Made by a program: the position numbers and the translations under genes. Source: Promethearchaeia archaeon (GTDB lineage: Archaea > Asgardarchaeota > Lokiarchaeia > Sigyniarchaeales > SOKP01). From it: DNA of 32,000 nucleotides. The stretch is from NCBI GenBank assembly GCA_046497275.1, contig JAWOFX010000113.1:1-32000 (forward strand), written 5' to 3'. Below the pieces are notes generated by a model that was given only the letters and a program-made list of their open reading frames with translations, was not told the origin of the DNA and did no database searches. How positions within the stretch are numbered: the stretch's first letter is position 1; every line of letters starts with the position of its first letter. Below are positions 10,510 to 20,364 of the stretch, one piece after another.

Positions 10510-10968
10510 ATGGCAAGACTTCATAGTAGAAAGCATGGCAAGTCAGGAAGTACGCGTCCAGCCAGATTGGAGAGACCAGTTTGGATCGAGCGCTCAGCAG
10601 AGGAAGTAGAAGCGGAAGTGATAAGATTAGCAAAGAAGGGACTTTCGAAATCTATGATTGGAACTCAATTGCGAGATGCATATGGAGTTCCCCTTGTAAA
10701 GGTTATAACGGGTAAAAAAATAAGTGATATTCTAAACGAAAATGACTTAATTGACCCATTACCCGAAGATCTTACAAATTTAGTTAAAAAAGCGTTAAAT
10801 TTAAGAACACATCTTGAAAATAATAAAAGAGATCTTGAAGCAAGAAAGGGATTACAACGCACAGAATCTAAGATTTATCGTTTGGTTAAATATTATAAAG
10901 ATAATGATGTTTTAGCCCCCGATTTTAAGTATGATTCTGAAAGAGTAAGAACTCTTGTGGCAAAATGA
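10510..10968 (+). CDS. rps15: 30S ribosomal protein S15 (uS15, S13e family)
   Basis: Archaeal/eukaryotic-type N-terminus MARLHSRKHGKSGSTRP; IGTQLRDAYGVPLVK; LPEDL...ALNLRTHLENNKRD...ESKIYRLVKYYK. Confidence 0.97.
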   Translation: MARLHSRKHGKSGSTRPARLERPVWIERSAEEVEAEVIRLAKKGLSKSMIGTQLRDAYGVPLVKVITGKKISDILNENDLIDPLPEDLTNLVKKALNLRTHLENNKRDLEARKGLQRTESKIYRLVKYYKDNDVLAPDFKYDSERVRTLVAK

Positions 10969-11014
10969 TATCTTTTTATCTACATTCAAAATTATTTAAA
11001 TAGGATTATTTAAT

Positions 11015-11836
11015 ATGAGTCAAAAATCAAAATCTAAACGAAGAAAAAGAAAACCTAAAACAAAGAAAGCAGATTATAGATCAAAAAAATGGTTCGAAGT
11101 GTATGCTCCTGAAAGTTTCGATAATAAAAAAATTGGAGAAATTATTGGATTAGAAAATAATGTTTTAGACAGAACCGTAGAAACTCTCTTATATGACTTC
11201 ACAGATAATTATGATGATATTAGTTGCAAATTAAGATTTAAAGTGATCAATGTAAATACGGAGGCACAGAATTGTTATACTACTTTAGTTGGACATGAAT
11301 ACACAAGTGATTATATTAGAAGCTTGGTTGGAAGAGGGGCTACAAAAATAACAACAATAAATAATTTCACCACTAAGGATGAATATATTTATCGTTTAAC
11401 TACTGTTTGTGTTACAATTCGAAGAGCTCGTAGTTCTCAACAAAATTTAATTAGAAAAATAATGAGGAAAATCCTTAATGAGTTTTCGAAAACAACAGAA
11501 CACGAAAAATTCATCCGTGGAATGATATTCGGAGAGTTCGAAAATCAGATTAAGAGAATCGCGAAAACTATTTATCCTCTTTCCAGTTGTACGATAATAA
11601 AGAGTAAATTGATTTCTATGCCTGAAGGAGGTACTGACAAAGAAATTAAAGATGAAGAGTTTGATATTGTAGAAATAGATGTTGAGAGATCAAGAAAATC
11701 TGAGATACGTCGATCAGAGAGAATTAATGTCAAAAAGTATGCTTATGAAAAGCAAAAAGAAGAAGAGGAAGAGTCTGAAGAAGAGTCTGAAGAAGAATCT
11801 GAAGAAGAAGTCGAAGAGGAAATCAAAGAAGAGTAA
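11015..11836 (+). CDS. rps3ae: 30S ribosomal protein S3Ae (eS1) with acidic C-terminal extension
   Basis: KKWFEVYAP, LDRTVETLLYDFT, KLRFKV, GHEYTSDYIRSLVGRG, AKTIYPL...IIKSK; follows rps15 after a 46-nt gap. Confidence 0.95.
   Translation: MSQKSKSKRRKRKPKTKKADYRSKKWFEVYAPESFDNKKIGEIIGLENNVLDRTVETLLYDFTDNYDDISCKLRFKVINVNTEAQNCYTTLVGHEYTSDYIRSLVGRGATKITTINNFTTKDEYIYRLTTVCVTIRRARSSQQNLIRKIMRKILNEFSKTTEHEKFIRGMIFGEFENQIKRIAKTIYPLSSCTIIKSKLISMPEGGTDKEIKDEEFDIVEIDVERSRKSEIRRSERINVKKYAYEKQKEEEEESEEESEEESEEEVEEEIKEE
11768..11815 (+). repeat. Coding 12-bp tandem repeat (GAAGAGTCTGAA-like, about 4 copies) encoding the Glu-rich S3Ae tail
   Basis: gaagagtctgaa gaagagtctgaa gaagaatctgaa gaagaagtcgaa read directly at 11768-11815. 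Confidence 0.8.
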
Positions 11837-11998
11837 AATTAGAATAGGAAAAATAAAGATTTATTTAGTATACTAATCCCTTTTTTTATATAGGTAATAT
11901 TGATTCTTATTCAAAGATCCTTCATTAAATTCATCTTATAATTTAAAATAAATAGCTTTCTTATTTATTATTAAAAATAATTTAATTAGGTTAAAATT

Positions 11999-13717
11999 AT
12001 GTGTGCTCAATATCAAGAAGGTGATAAAAATAATCCTTACGATTTTGATGATTACTTATTCGTGAGGGATAATTTTAATTACTATGATGATGAGGAATTC
12101 TTCCAAGCCTTAATCAAAACATTTATACCAGAAAATGAATTTGAAAAAATTGATCGTGATTTAAGGGCATTATCGGACTATGTTTCGTTCCGATTTCGAG
12201 ATCTTGCTGAGGAGGCAAATCAGCTTGAAAATCGAATTAAAGTTACTAAAGTGAAACATTATGATGCCCATAACCATAGAATTGACAGAATCGAGCGGTG
12301 TGGAGAGACGGAAACTTTAGAAAAAGAAATCTTTAGCCTTGGATTATTCGATCCGAATCGAAATACTGCTTGGTCAAGGTTTGCGAAGATGTTCCTTTTA
12401 TATCAGAACAGTGAATTTGGTTGTATGTGTCCAATTGCATGCACCCATGGAATGTACGAGTTTTTACAAAAATACGAGGACGATCTTGATCCTGAAGCAA
12501 AAAAAATACTTCATCATATCAGAGATGGCATAGAAGGAGATTATGGGGTTGGTGCTCAATTTGTAAGTGAAATTCAAGGTGGAAGTGATGTACCAGCAAA
12601 TTTAGTTGAAGCTGTTTTTGAAGAGGAAGAAGGAGAAGATGGAATATCACATTGTTGGCGATTATATGGTCAAAAATTCTTTTGTTCTGCAGTCCACGCA
12701 GACTATGCTGTGGTTACGGCCAAACCTAAAGGAGTTCCCTCTTCTACACGTGTAGCAGCCTTTCTTGTACCCTCATGGTTATCAGGAAATAAAGAAAAAG
12801 AAATTCGAAACTCTTATACAATTGACAGGTTGAAACCAAAGATGGGTACATCAGAATTACCAACTGCGGAAGTTACTTATAATGGTGCTATTGGGTATCC
12901 TATTGGTCCTTTGGAAAAAGGACTTGCAAACGTGGTTGGAATAGTTCTCTCAATATCACGACTTCATGTGGCTTTCGGTATGGCAGCAGCAGCTTTACGC
13001 ATTGCTCGAGAAGCTACATTATATGCCCAATTCCGCGAAGCTTTTGGGGTTCCTGTTTCAAATTTTCCCTTAATGATAAATCAAATTAACGATCTCAATC
13101 AATATGCCAAGAGAGCTGCAGCAGGAGCATTTAAAATATATTCAGAGTATATTCATTTTGATGAAGAGCTTATTTCAGGAATAAGAAATCTACAAGAAAT
13201 TGATAATATGAAAGAGCGAAAGCGTCGATTTCGGTTAAGAGAATTAATAATGCTCCAAAAAATTGTTGTAGCAGATGATGCTCCAACAATGATACGAATG
13301 GCAATTTCTTTCTTTGGGGGACATGGAGTAATGGAAGATTTCTTATCATTCCCCAGATTTTTCCGGGATAGTATAATCATGGAATTATGGGAAGGTCCTC
13401 GTAATGTATTGCTTACTCAAATTCATAGAGATTTTCAAAGAGTTGCTGAATGGTATTCTGCGGATGAATTTATAAAAGACCTGCTAGATGGTCTAGAAAA
13501 AGAAAGAGTCCAGGATCTTGCCATGAGGTTTCAGAAAATAATTTCTCATGATTCATTGCTAAAAGCAGATGAAGAGACTCTTCAATTATGTCGAGATTGG
13601 CAATCACTATCAAATGAAATATTCCATGCGTATCAAGATTTAGCTTTAAAAGAAATGGGTTATGAAGAAAAAGCCTTAAAGTTTTCAAAGCTATTACGAA
13701 AATTTAGGAATAAATAA
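11999..13717 (+). CDS. Acyl-CoA dehydrogenase family protein (AidB-like)
   Basis: AQFVSEIQGGSDV, LYGQKFFCS, RLKPKMGTSELPTAEV, FGGHGVMED, RDSIIMELWEGPRNV; long N-terminal extension as in AidB-type members. Confidence 0.9.
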   Translation: MCAQYQEGDKNNPYDFDDYLFVRDNFNYYDDEEFFQALIKTFIPENEFEKIDRDLRALSDYVSFRFRDLAEEANQLENRIKVTKVKHYDAHNHRIDRIERCGETETLEKEIFSLGLFDPNRNTAWSRFAKMFLLYQNSEFGCMCPIACTHGMYEFLQKYEDDLDPEAKKILHHIRDGIEGDYGVGAQFVSEIQGGSDVPANLVEAVFEEEEGEDGISHCWRLYGQKFFCSAVHADYAVVTAKPKGVPSSTRVAAFLVPSWLSGNKEKEIRNSYTIDRLKPKMGTSELPTAEVTYNGAIGYPIGPLEKGLANVVGIVLSISRLHVAFGMAAAALRIAREATLYAQFREAFGVPVSNFPLMINQINDLNQYAKRAAAGAFKIYSEYIHFDEELISGIRNLQEIDNMKERKRRFRLRELIMLQKIVVADDAPTMIRMAISFFGGHGVMEDFLSFPRFFRDSIIMELWEGPRNVLLTQIHRDFQRVAEWYSADEFIKDLLDGLEKERVQDLAMRFQKIISHDSLLKADEETLQLCRDWQSLSNEIFHAYQDLALKEMGYEEKALKFSKLLRKFRNK

Positions 13718-13808
13718 TATCAATAAAATACATTAAATTATCCCTTGAAACAATACTTAATTTTTTTTAGATCCTATTTTTATGTAAAAATCTTATAAAT
13801 TTTTATTA

Positions 13809-15116
13809 TTATTTTTTTAAACTAAGCTTTTTAAGAATAGTTCCTTTTTCAGGATCTTGATAATATAGAGTATTGGGTGGAATATCATCTGAGACAACTG
13901 CATGGGCTCCTATTTGAGCATTTTCACCGATTTTTTTCCCACACATTATACTAACATTAATACCTGTTTTCACATTTGGTCCAACAAAAGTTCCTAATTT
14001 TTTTCTTTTCGAATCAACTGGTTTTCCTTTAATATTCATGGAGATATTACCTTTATCAAGCCTTAGATTCGCTACCTTTGTACCTGCACCAAAATTAACT
14101 TTATCAGCAATAATTGAATCTCCAAAATAATTAAAATGAGGAATATTTGTGTTTGAAAAAACTATAGAATTTTTTAATTCACTCATTCCAATATAACAGT
14201 TATCTTGAATTGATGTGCCAGGACGTATAAAGGCATTTGGGCCAATAATATTATTTTTGCCTATATAACATGGACCTTGAATATAGGATCCGGATCTAAT
14301 TAATGTGTCCGCTCCAATGAAAACATTTCCTTTGATAATAACATTTTCCTCAATATCTCCATTAATATCTCTATTAATCTTTTCTAATAATAACTTATTT
14401 GCATCTAATATTTGCCACGGTAGACCTATATCGTTCCAATTAGATTCTTCCAAGATATATCCGTAAATTTTTCCATTTAATTTTTCGACTAATATCTCCA
14501 TAGAATCAGTGAGTTCATATTCATTTCTGTTAGATAATTTGGTTTTTTCTATCGCTTCAAAAATTAAAGGGTTAAAAATGTAGATACCTGCATTTGCTAA
14601 ATTTCCCAAATTTAGTTCAGCAGGAGGCTTTTCAGTTATTTTTTGTACCAAATTTTGAGAGTCCAATGAAATGATGCCATAATTAATTGGATTTTGGACT
14701 TCTATTAGAGATATAAGGCCCTCAACATTTTTATCTTTGTATTCATGAATGATTTTTTTGAAAATATCGGGATTTATTAATAAATCACCATAAATCATTA
14801 GGAAGTTATCATCTTTAACAAATGATTTCGCAAATCCAGTTGCATGGGCGGTTCCTAAATATTCATCTTGTGTTTTATAATTAATATTTAAACCGACTTT
14901 TTCTTTTCCATTTCCAAAATATTCTTGAATAATCTCTTTTTTATACCCTACAATTAGTAAAACATCCTCAATCCCAGCATTTTTAAGGGCTAAAAGGGTG
15001 TACTCCAACAGAGGGCGTCCCGCGAGAGGTATCATTGGTTTTGGTACAGAAGATGTGATTGGTTTTAATCGTTTTCCCTCTCCGGCAACTAAGATAACTG
15101 CTTTCATAATACTCAC
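13809..15116 (-). CDS. glmU: Bifunctional sugar-1-phosphate nucleotidyltransferase/acetyltransferase (archaeal GlmU type)
   Basis: MKAVILVAGEGKRLKPIT, PKPMIP, LGTAHA, IYGDL, NAGIYIF, WNDIGLPW, then hexapeptide repeats with HFNYFGDSII and FGAGT. Likely start is the ATG at 15107. Confidence 0.9.
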   Translation of the reverse strand: MSIMKAVILVAGEGKRLKPITSSVPKPMIPLAGRPLLEYTLLALKNAGIEDVLLIVGYKKEIIQEYFGNGKEKVGLNINYKTQDEYLGTAHATGFAKSFVKDDNFLMIYGDLLINPDIFKKIIHEYKDKNVEGLISLIEVQNPINYGIISLDSQNLVQKITEKPPAELNLGNLANAGIYIFNPLIFEAIEKTKLSNRNEYELTDSMEILVEKLNGKIYGYILEESNWNDIGLPWQILDANKLLLEKINRDINGDIEENVIIKGNVFIGADTLIRSGSYIQGPCYIGKNNIIGPNAFIRPGTSIQDNCYIGMSELKNSIVFSNTNIPHFNYFGDSIIADKVNFGAGTKVANLRLDKGNISMNIKGKPVDSKRKKLGTFVGPNVKTGINVSIMCGKKIGENAQIGAHAVVSDDIPPNTLYYQDPEKGTILKKLSLKK

Positions 15117-15175
15117 ATTAATTGGCTATATAAGAAAAGTAAATCATAAATTAAAAATTGATGAAGAATGAGATA

Positions 15176-16084
15176 TTAATTTTTGAGATCCTCTACTAAA
15201 TGAATGAGGTATTTTTTCAAATGTTTATATGGTTTCAAATCTCCACTAAATTCATTATATAATACTTCTTCATTTGAAATATTTTGTTTTAACTTGATAA
15301 AGGCTCGAAAAATTTGATCAAAATTTCCAGATGCAACAAAATCTAAAGAATAGCCATTAATATTTCCATATAATATAATAATTTTATAGTTTTCGTCTCT
15401 TAAATCATTTAAATGTATTTCTTTTACTCTTGTTTCTGCTCTAATAGCAGTATTCATCTCAATAGTGGCAAGTTTTGCAGATAATTTTGAACAAAATACT
15501 TCAATAATATTCTCATCTGAATTACTACCGTTTAAGCTATAAAAAAACTCTGGATGAAATATTTTAGAAATTATAGGTAATCCTTGAGTAGAAATACCGC
15601 AGTAGAGAATTTTATTCTGAGCATTTAAGGGTTGATTAATTATCCCCAATTTTTGCCTTATATCTTCCGATTTTAATATATTATTATATTTCATTTTTAA
15701 GTAATCTGTCGTTAAATTAATCATTTCCTTAAATACAGAATTTTCTGAAGCTTTTTTCAAAAGATCTATGGAACTATAAGATGATTCTACCTTATTATGA
15801 AAATCTTCTAACATACTATAAGTTTCTTCAGAATTGAAACTGAATTTACCACTTATACAGTAAAAAATATTATTCTCTCCCGATATAATATGTTTAATTA
15901 CAATACGTTCAGTTCCATTATTATCATTTTCGAAAAAGATATTATTCAAACGCCAGATATTATTTGGATTAATACCTTCAACTAATTTTTGAATAAATAG
16001 AACTGTTTCAAACAAGGGATATTTTTCTTTATTGGAGCAATAGAGAATATCATTATTAAGAATTACTGCGAATCCAGAAATCAT
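15176..16084 (-). CDS. Hypothetical protein, putative tandem longin-like domains
   Basis: Two ~130-aa halves each with a beta-beta-alpha-beta-beta-beta-alpha pattern (ISGFAVILNNDILYCS...; ILYCGISTQGLPIISKIF...FSGDLKPY). Fold call from pattern only. Confidence 0.5.
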   Translation of the reverse strand: MISGFAVILNNDILYCSNKEKYPLFETVLFIQKLVEGINPNNIWRLNNIFFENDNNGTERIVIKHIISGENNIFYCISGKFSFNSEETYSMLEDFHNKVESSYSSIDLLKKASENSVFKEMINLTTDYLKMKYNNILKSEDIRQKLGIINQPLNAQNKILYCGISTQGLPIISKIFHPEFFYSLNGSNSDENIIEVFCSKLSAKLATIEMNTAIRAETRVKEIHLNDLRDENYKIIILYGNINGYSLDFVASGNFDQIFRAFIKLKQNISNEEVLYNEFSGDLKPYKHLKKYLIHLVEDLKN

Positions 16085-16328
16085 TTTTGGTTAATTTGCT
16101 ATAAGTGTTTTTATCTATCCTACTTTTATGTAAATATTGTAAAATATTAATTTTTTTCTATTTTTCATTAATCCTTTATAAAGTAGGGGAAATTAAAGAG
16201 GATTTTTTTAAAATATCATACTAAAGATTATTAATATATATAGTTTTTAAGATTATAACTATTCATATTATTGATTCTATGATTTCTTAATAAAATTTGG
16301 GTTCAATAAATCAATCTAAAATAAAAAA

Positions 16329-17141
16329 ATGAAAGTAATTAAGTTAGCTGAACGAAAAAAGATCCATAAAGCTGCAGAATTATTGGTTAACTCTAAAGAA
16401 GCTATTGCTTTAACCGGTGCAGGAGTATCTACAGAGTCAGGTATCCCAGATTTTCGTGGAGAGGGAGGGATTTGGGAAAAATATAAGCCCGAAATCTATG
16501 GAAATATAAAAAGCTTTATTAAAGACCCGACTAAATTCTGGAAGATGGCAGAAAAAGTCGCTCCTAAGTTATTTTCAGCCGAACCAAATGCAGGTCATAT
16601 TGCATTAGCCGAATTAGAGGATATGGATCTCATTAAAGCAACTATAACACAAAATATAGACGAATTACATCAAAAGGCGGGTTCAGTTATAGTGTATGAA
16701 GTTCATGGAAATATTAATCGATTTACGTGCTTTGGTTGTAGAGCCAGCTATACTAAGGATCAAGTTATGAGAAAATTAAAGAAAGAAAAACATTATCCTC
16801 CTCAGTGTGATGTTTGTTCTGCACCTCTTAAGCCTTCAGTTGTATTATTCGGAGAAAGTTTACCCACATTCGAGATATATCAGTCTCAAGCTTTAGCAGA
16901 GAAAGCGGATGTAATGTTGATAGCAGGTTCCTCATTAACAGTAGATCCGGTGGCAGATCTTCCATTATACACGTTAGGGAACGGAGGAAAATTAATTATT
17001 GTAAATGATAAAAAAACCCATCTAGATGAACGAGCAGAAGTAGTGATTAATCATAAAACTGGGATGGTTTTACCTTTAATCGTTGAGGAAATAAAAAAGA
17101 TTAAAACGTCTGGAGAATTTGAAGATGTCTCCAAGGCATAA
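16329..17141 (+). CDS. cobB: NAD-dependent protein deacylase, Sir2 family
   Basis: ALTGAGVSTESGIPDFRG, ITQNIDELHQKAG, EVHGN, Zn ligands CFGC/CDVC, LKPSVVLFGE, GSSL. Confidence 0.95.
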   Translation: MKVIKLAERKKIHKAAELLVNSKEAIALTGAGVSTESGIPDFRGEGGIWEKYKPEIYGNIKSFIKDPTKFWKMAEKVAPKLFSAEPNAGHIALAELEDMDLIKATITQNIDELHQKAGSVIVYEVHGNINRFTCFGCRASYTKDQVMRKLKKEKHYPPQCDVCSAPLKPSVVLFGESLPTFEIYQSQALAEKADVMLIAGSSLTVDPVADLPLYTLGNGGKLIIVNDKKTHLDERAEVVINHKTGMVLPLIVEEIKKIKTSGEFEDVSKA

Positions 17142-17174
17142 TAATTATCTTATTTTAGTCAAAGCGATCTATAA

Positions 17175-18767
17175 ATGAAAGATGAACTGAATGTAATTAT
17201 TAAAGATTTGCGTAATATAGATATAAAATTTGGATTAATTTATCCAAATATATACTCCATCGGAATGTCATCTTATTCTATTCGATTTTTATATTCTTAT
17301 CTAAATTCCTTTGAAAATATAGCATGTGAACGGATTTTTCTCCCTCCAAAAATTAAATATCCTGCATCTATGGATTATAATTCTATAGATGTTCTTAGAA
17401 GCGTGGAAAATAAGCTTTTACCCGAGGATTTTGACATTTTAGGATTTTCTATTCAATTTGAAAATGATTTTAGAAATATTTTATGGATATTAGAAAAGGG
17501 ACGAATTCCCTTACTAAATAATAAGAGAGATAATAAAGAAAAAAAAATTGATCCCCCTTATCCATTGATCATAGGAGGTGGTCCCGTAGCTACTTCTAAT
17601 CCTATACCATTATCTAATATTTTTGATGCTTTTTTCATAGGAGATGCTGAGCCTAATTTAATGAATTTTTTAGAGCTTTTTATGAATTATAGGTATAATA
17701 ATCAAAATAAACAAAATTTCTTACAAGAATTAAAAAATATCAAAGGAATCTATATTCCATCATTAAACAATAGGACCAATCGAGCGATTTTAAAAGATTT
17801 AGATCAATCACATATGCCCATTTATCAAATTATGGCAAGAAGTGATTTAAAGGGTGGAAGTTTCGAGGATACATATTTTATAGAAGTAAACCGAGGTTGT
17901 CCTTATAAATGTAAATTTTGCATCTCATCTTTTCATAATCGACCATTTCGCAATAGAAGTTTCCAAAATATTAAAGAAATGATAGATATTGCGTCCGAAA
18001 ATCTTGAATTTGAAAGAATAAGCTTAATAGGTTCATGTATCTCGGGACATCCCCAATTTTATGATATTTGTAAATATATTTTGAAAAAAAATAAAAGACT
18101 TTCAATTCCCTCGATCAGAATTGATCATATCTCTCCAAAAATTATCGATATATTAGAGAAAGGTGATATTAAGACAATTACTATTGCTCCTGAATCTGGT
18201 TCTGAAAGTTTAAGATATGAGTTAGGAAAAAAAATATCAAACGAAAAGCTTTTTGATATTCTAGTTCAAATGAAAGAATCAAAGATCAGTAATGTTAAAA
18301 TGTATTTTATAATTGGGTTACCAAATGAAAAAGATGAAGATATTGAAAAACTTATTAGACTAGTGAAAAAGATGGATAGTCTAGGCTTTGATAAGAACTC
18401 TCTGAAAATAAATATCAATCCATTAATTCCTAAACTTAACACACCATATGAGAAAGAAGTGGATTATTATATTGAAAACAAAATAAAAATTCTAAAGAAA
18501 AGATTAGAAAAAATTGAAAATGAAATATCCAATCTAATTAGTATTAATTTAAAAACTCAAAAGATAGATTCTTTAATAAAAAATGCCCGTTTACAAACTG
18601 TTTTTTCTTTAGGAAATAAAAATATCTCGGATCTTCTTATAAATTATTATAATAAAGGAGCAAATTTCGGAGCTTTACGAAGAGCTGAAAATAATTCAAA
18701 AATAAAAATAAATGATTATCTATTAGAAATTAAAAACTGTTATAGCCCTTGGAAATATGATCTTTAA
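17175..18767 (+). CDS. Radical SAM protein with B12-binding-like N-terminal domain
   Basis: CxxxCxxC in EVNRGCPYKCKFC; YPNIYSIGMS, FDILGFSIQFE, IGGGPVATSNP, TIAPESG, YFIIGLPNE. Confidence 0.9.
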   Translation: MKDELNVIIKDLRNIDIKFGLIYPNIYSIGMSSYSIRFLYSYLNSFENIACERIFLPPKIKYPASMDYNSIDVLRSVENKLLPEDFDILGFSIQFENDFRNILWILEKGRIPLLNNKRDNKEKKIDPPYPLIIGGGPVATSNPIPLSNIFDAFFIGDAEPNLMNFLELFMNYRYNNQNKQNFLQELKNIKGIYIPSLNNRTNRAILKDLDQSHMPIYQIMARSDLKGGSFEDTYFIEVNRGCPYKCKFCISSFHNRPFRNRSFQNIKEMIDIASENLEFERISLIGSCISGHPQFYDICKYILKKNKRLSIPSIRIDHISPKIIDILEKGDIKTITIAPESGSESLRYELGKKISNEKLFDILVQMKESKISNVKMYFIIGLPNEKDEDIEKLIRLVKKMDSLGFDKNSLKININPLIPKLNTPYEKEVDYYIENKIKILKKRLEKIENEISNLISINLKTQKIDSLIKNARLQTVFSLGNKNISDLLINYYNKGANFGALRRAENNSKIKINDYLLEIKNCYSPWKYDL

Positions 18768-18805
18768 ATAGAAAGATAATTAAAAAAAATAGAAATTTAG
18801 AAAAT

Positions 18806-19309
18806 TCATTCAATTTTCTTAAATACTTTTTTCTTGGCGCCACATACAGGGCACTCGTCAGGTGCTTCTCCCTCAACTGTATAACCACATATAGGGCAAA
18901 CATACATATCTTTCTCTTCTAAATCTTCTCCTTTTTCTGCAGCTTCTAATGCTTTATTATAGAGTTCGTGATGTACTTTTTCGACTTGATTTGCATAATC
19001 AAATGTTCTAATAGCTTGCTTATTATTTTCCTCTCTGGCGTCCTCTAAAAATTCTGGGTACATTTTTGTAAACTCATAATGCTCACCATTTATAGCTTCT
19101 TTCACATTTTCAACGGTTGATTGTATTCCACCCAAAGCACGTAAATGATTATGGGCATGAACGGTTTCTGCTGCTGCTGCGGCTTTAAATATTTTTGCAA
19201 TTTGGGGGAAGCCATCTTTTTCTGCTTTTTCGGCAAATGCTAAATATTTTCTATTAGCTTGGCTCTCTCCTGAGAAAGCCTCCATTAAATCCTTTTCTGT
19301 TTTCGACAT
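18806..19309 (-). CDS. rbr: Rubrerythrin with C-terminal rubredoxin-like domain
   Basis: AFSGESQANRKY, AETVHA, GEHYE, VEKVH diiron ligands; CPICGY...CPVCG. Confidence 0.95.
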   Translation of the reverse strand: MSKTEKDLMEAFSGESQANRKYLAFAEKAEKDGFPQIAKIFKAAAAAETVHAHNHLRALGGIQSTVENVKEAINGEHYEFTKMYPEFLEDAREENNKQAIRTFDYANQVEKVHHELYNKALEAAEKGEDLEEKDMYVCPICGYTVEGEAPDECPVCGAKKKVFKKIE

Positions 19310-19439
19310 AAAATTTCATTGAATTTTTTTATAGTAGAGTGTAGGTTATTATATTTTAAATTACTTTTTTTAAAAAATAAAATGATCTTTAAATAGAGAA
19401 AGATTTGAACGTTCTAAACTATATTTCAGTTAGAAATAG

Positions 19440-20246
19440 TTAGGAATCTTTTTTAAGAATAGAATTGATATTTTTGATAACTTTTTTTAATGAGTATTCC
19501 GCCATACCTAAAGTACTAACTTTAATATCAAAAATGAGTACAATAAAATAGTATTCATTAACATATCCCGAATAGATAAGCTCATTCTGAGAAGAATAAA
19601 ATAATTTTAAAATCGAATTATTGCATATTTGAATCCTAAAATCTAAGTCCTTCAATAATTCTGCTAATTTAACTGGTTTTAATGAACTATAAATAATATT
19701 TCCTTTGTTATTTAAAAGAATGAGGCCTTCTAATTTATTATTATGAAGAAAATCTATTAAATATCTTATAATTGAATATTCCTTGGTTTTATTTTCAATA
19801 CAGTATCCATTATTTTGTACTAAATTATCTACAAAGCTATTTATTATATCATGGTGGACATTTTGAAAATTTATATTGATTCCGCTTTCTTTAATGTATT
19901 TTCGAACTCTAATATCTATTTTATTTACATAATCCTCTAATAGGAGTAAATTCACATGAGAATCACATAGAAATCCATAGAAGAAGTTATCTCTCTGGAT
20001 AATAACAATTCTAATATTATCCATGTCTATTGTTTTGACCTTTTTTCCAACCATTTCTATAGAAAAAGAGATTAAAGCAGAGCAAAAAGCTGTGATTAAA
20101 TTGTCTTCCATTTTGTATTTATTTGAATAATTTCTAGCATATAAACACATACCTGCATTATTGAAAATGAAAAAATAATGGATATTTATTTCTTCTTGAA
20201 AAATTTCGATATTATTATCTACTTTCGATGTATTTTCCACAGTCAC
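19440..20246 (-). CDS. Putative longin-like + roadblock/LC7 (MglB-like) two-domain protein
   Basis: N half: HYFFIFNNAGMCLYARNY, helix LITAFCSALISFSIEM, three strands; C half: LEGLILLNNKGNIIYSSL ... IVLIFDIKVSTLGMAEYSLKKVIKNI. Fold call from pattern only. Confidence 0.6.
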   Translation of the reverse strand: MTVENTSKVDNNIEIFQEEINIHYFFIFNNAGMCLYARNYSNKYKMEDNLITAFCSALISFSIEMVGKKVKTIDMDNIRIVIIQRDNFFYGFLCDSHVNLLLLEDYVNKIDIRVRKYIKESGININFQNVHHDIINSFVDNLVQNNGYCIENKTKEYSIIRYLIDFLHNNKLEGLILLNNKGNIIYSSLKPVKLAELLKDLDFRIQICNNSILKLFYSSQNELIYSGYVNEYYFIVLIFDIKVSTLGMAEYSLKKVIKNINSILKKDS

Positions 20247-20364
20247 ACCTATTTCTATCTAAAGAAGTATAAAAAAACCACTGTTATTAAGGATAAATTT
20301 TAATTCAAAACAGAATTAAAAATAAAATTTTTAACGAGAACAAAAAAGAGAAGATTATTTTATT

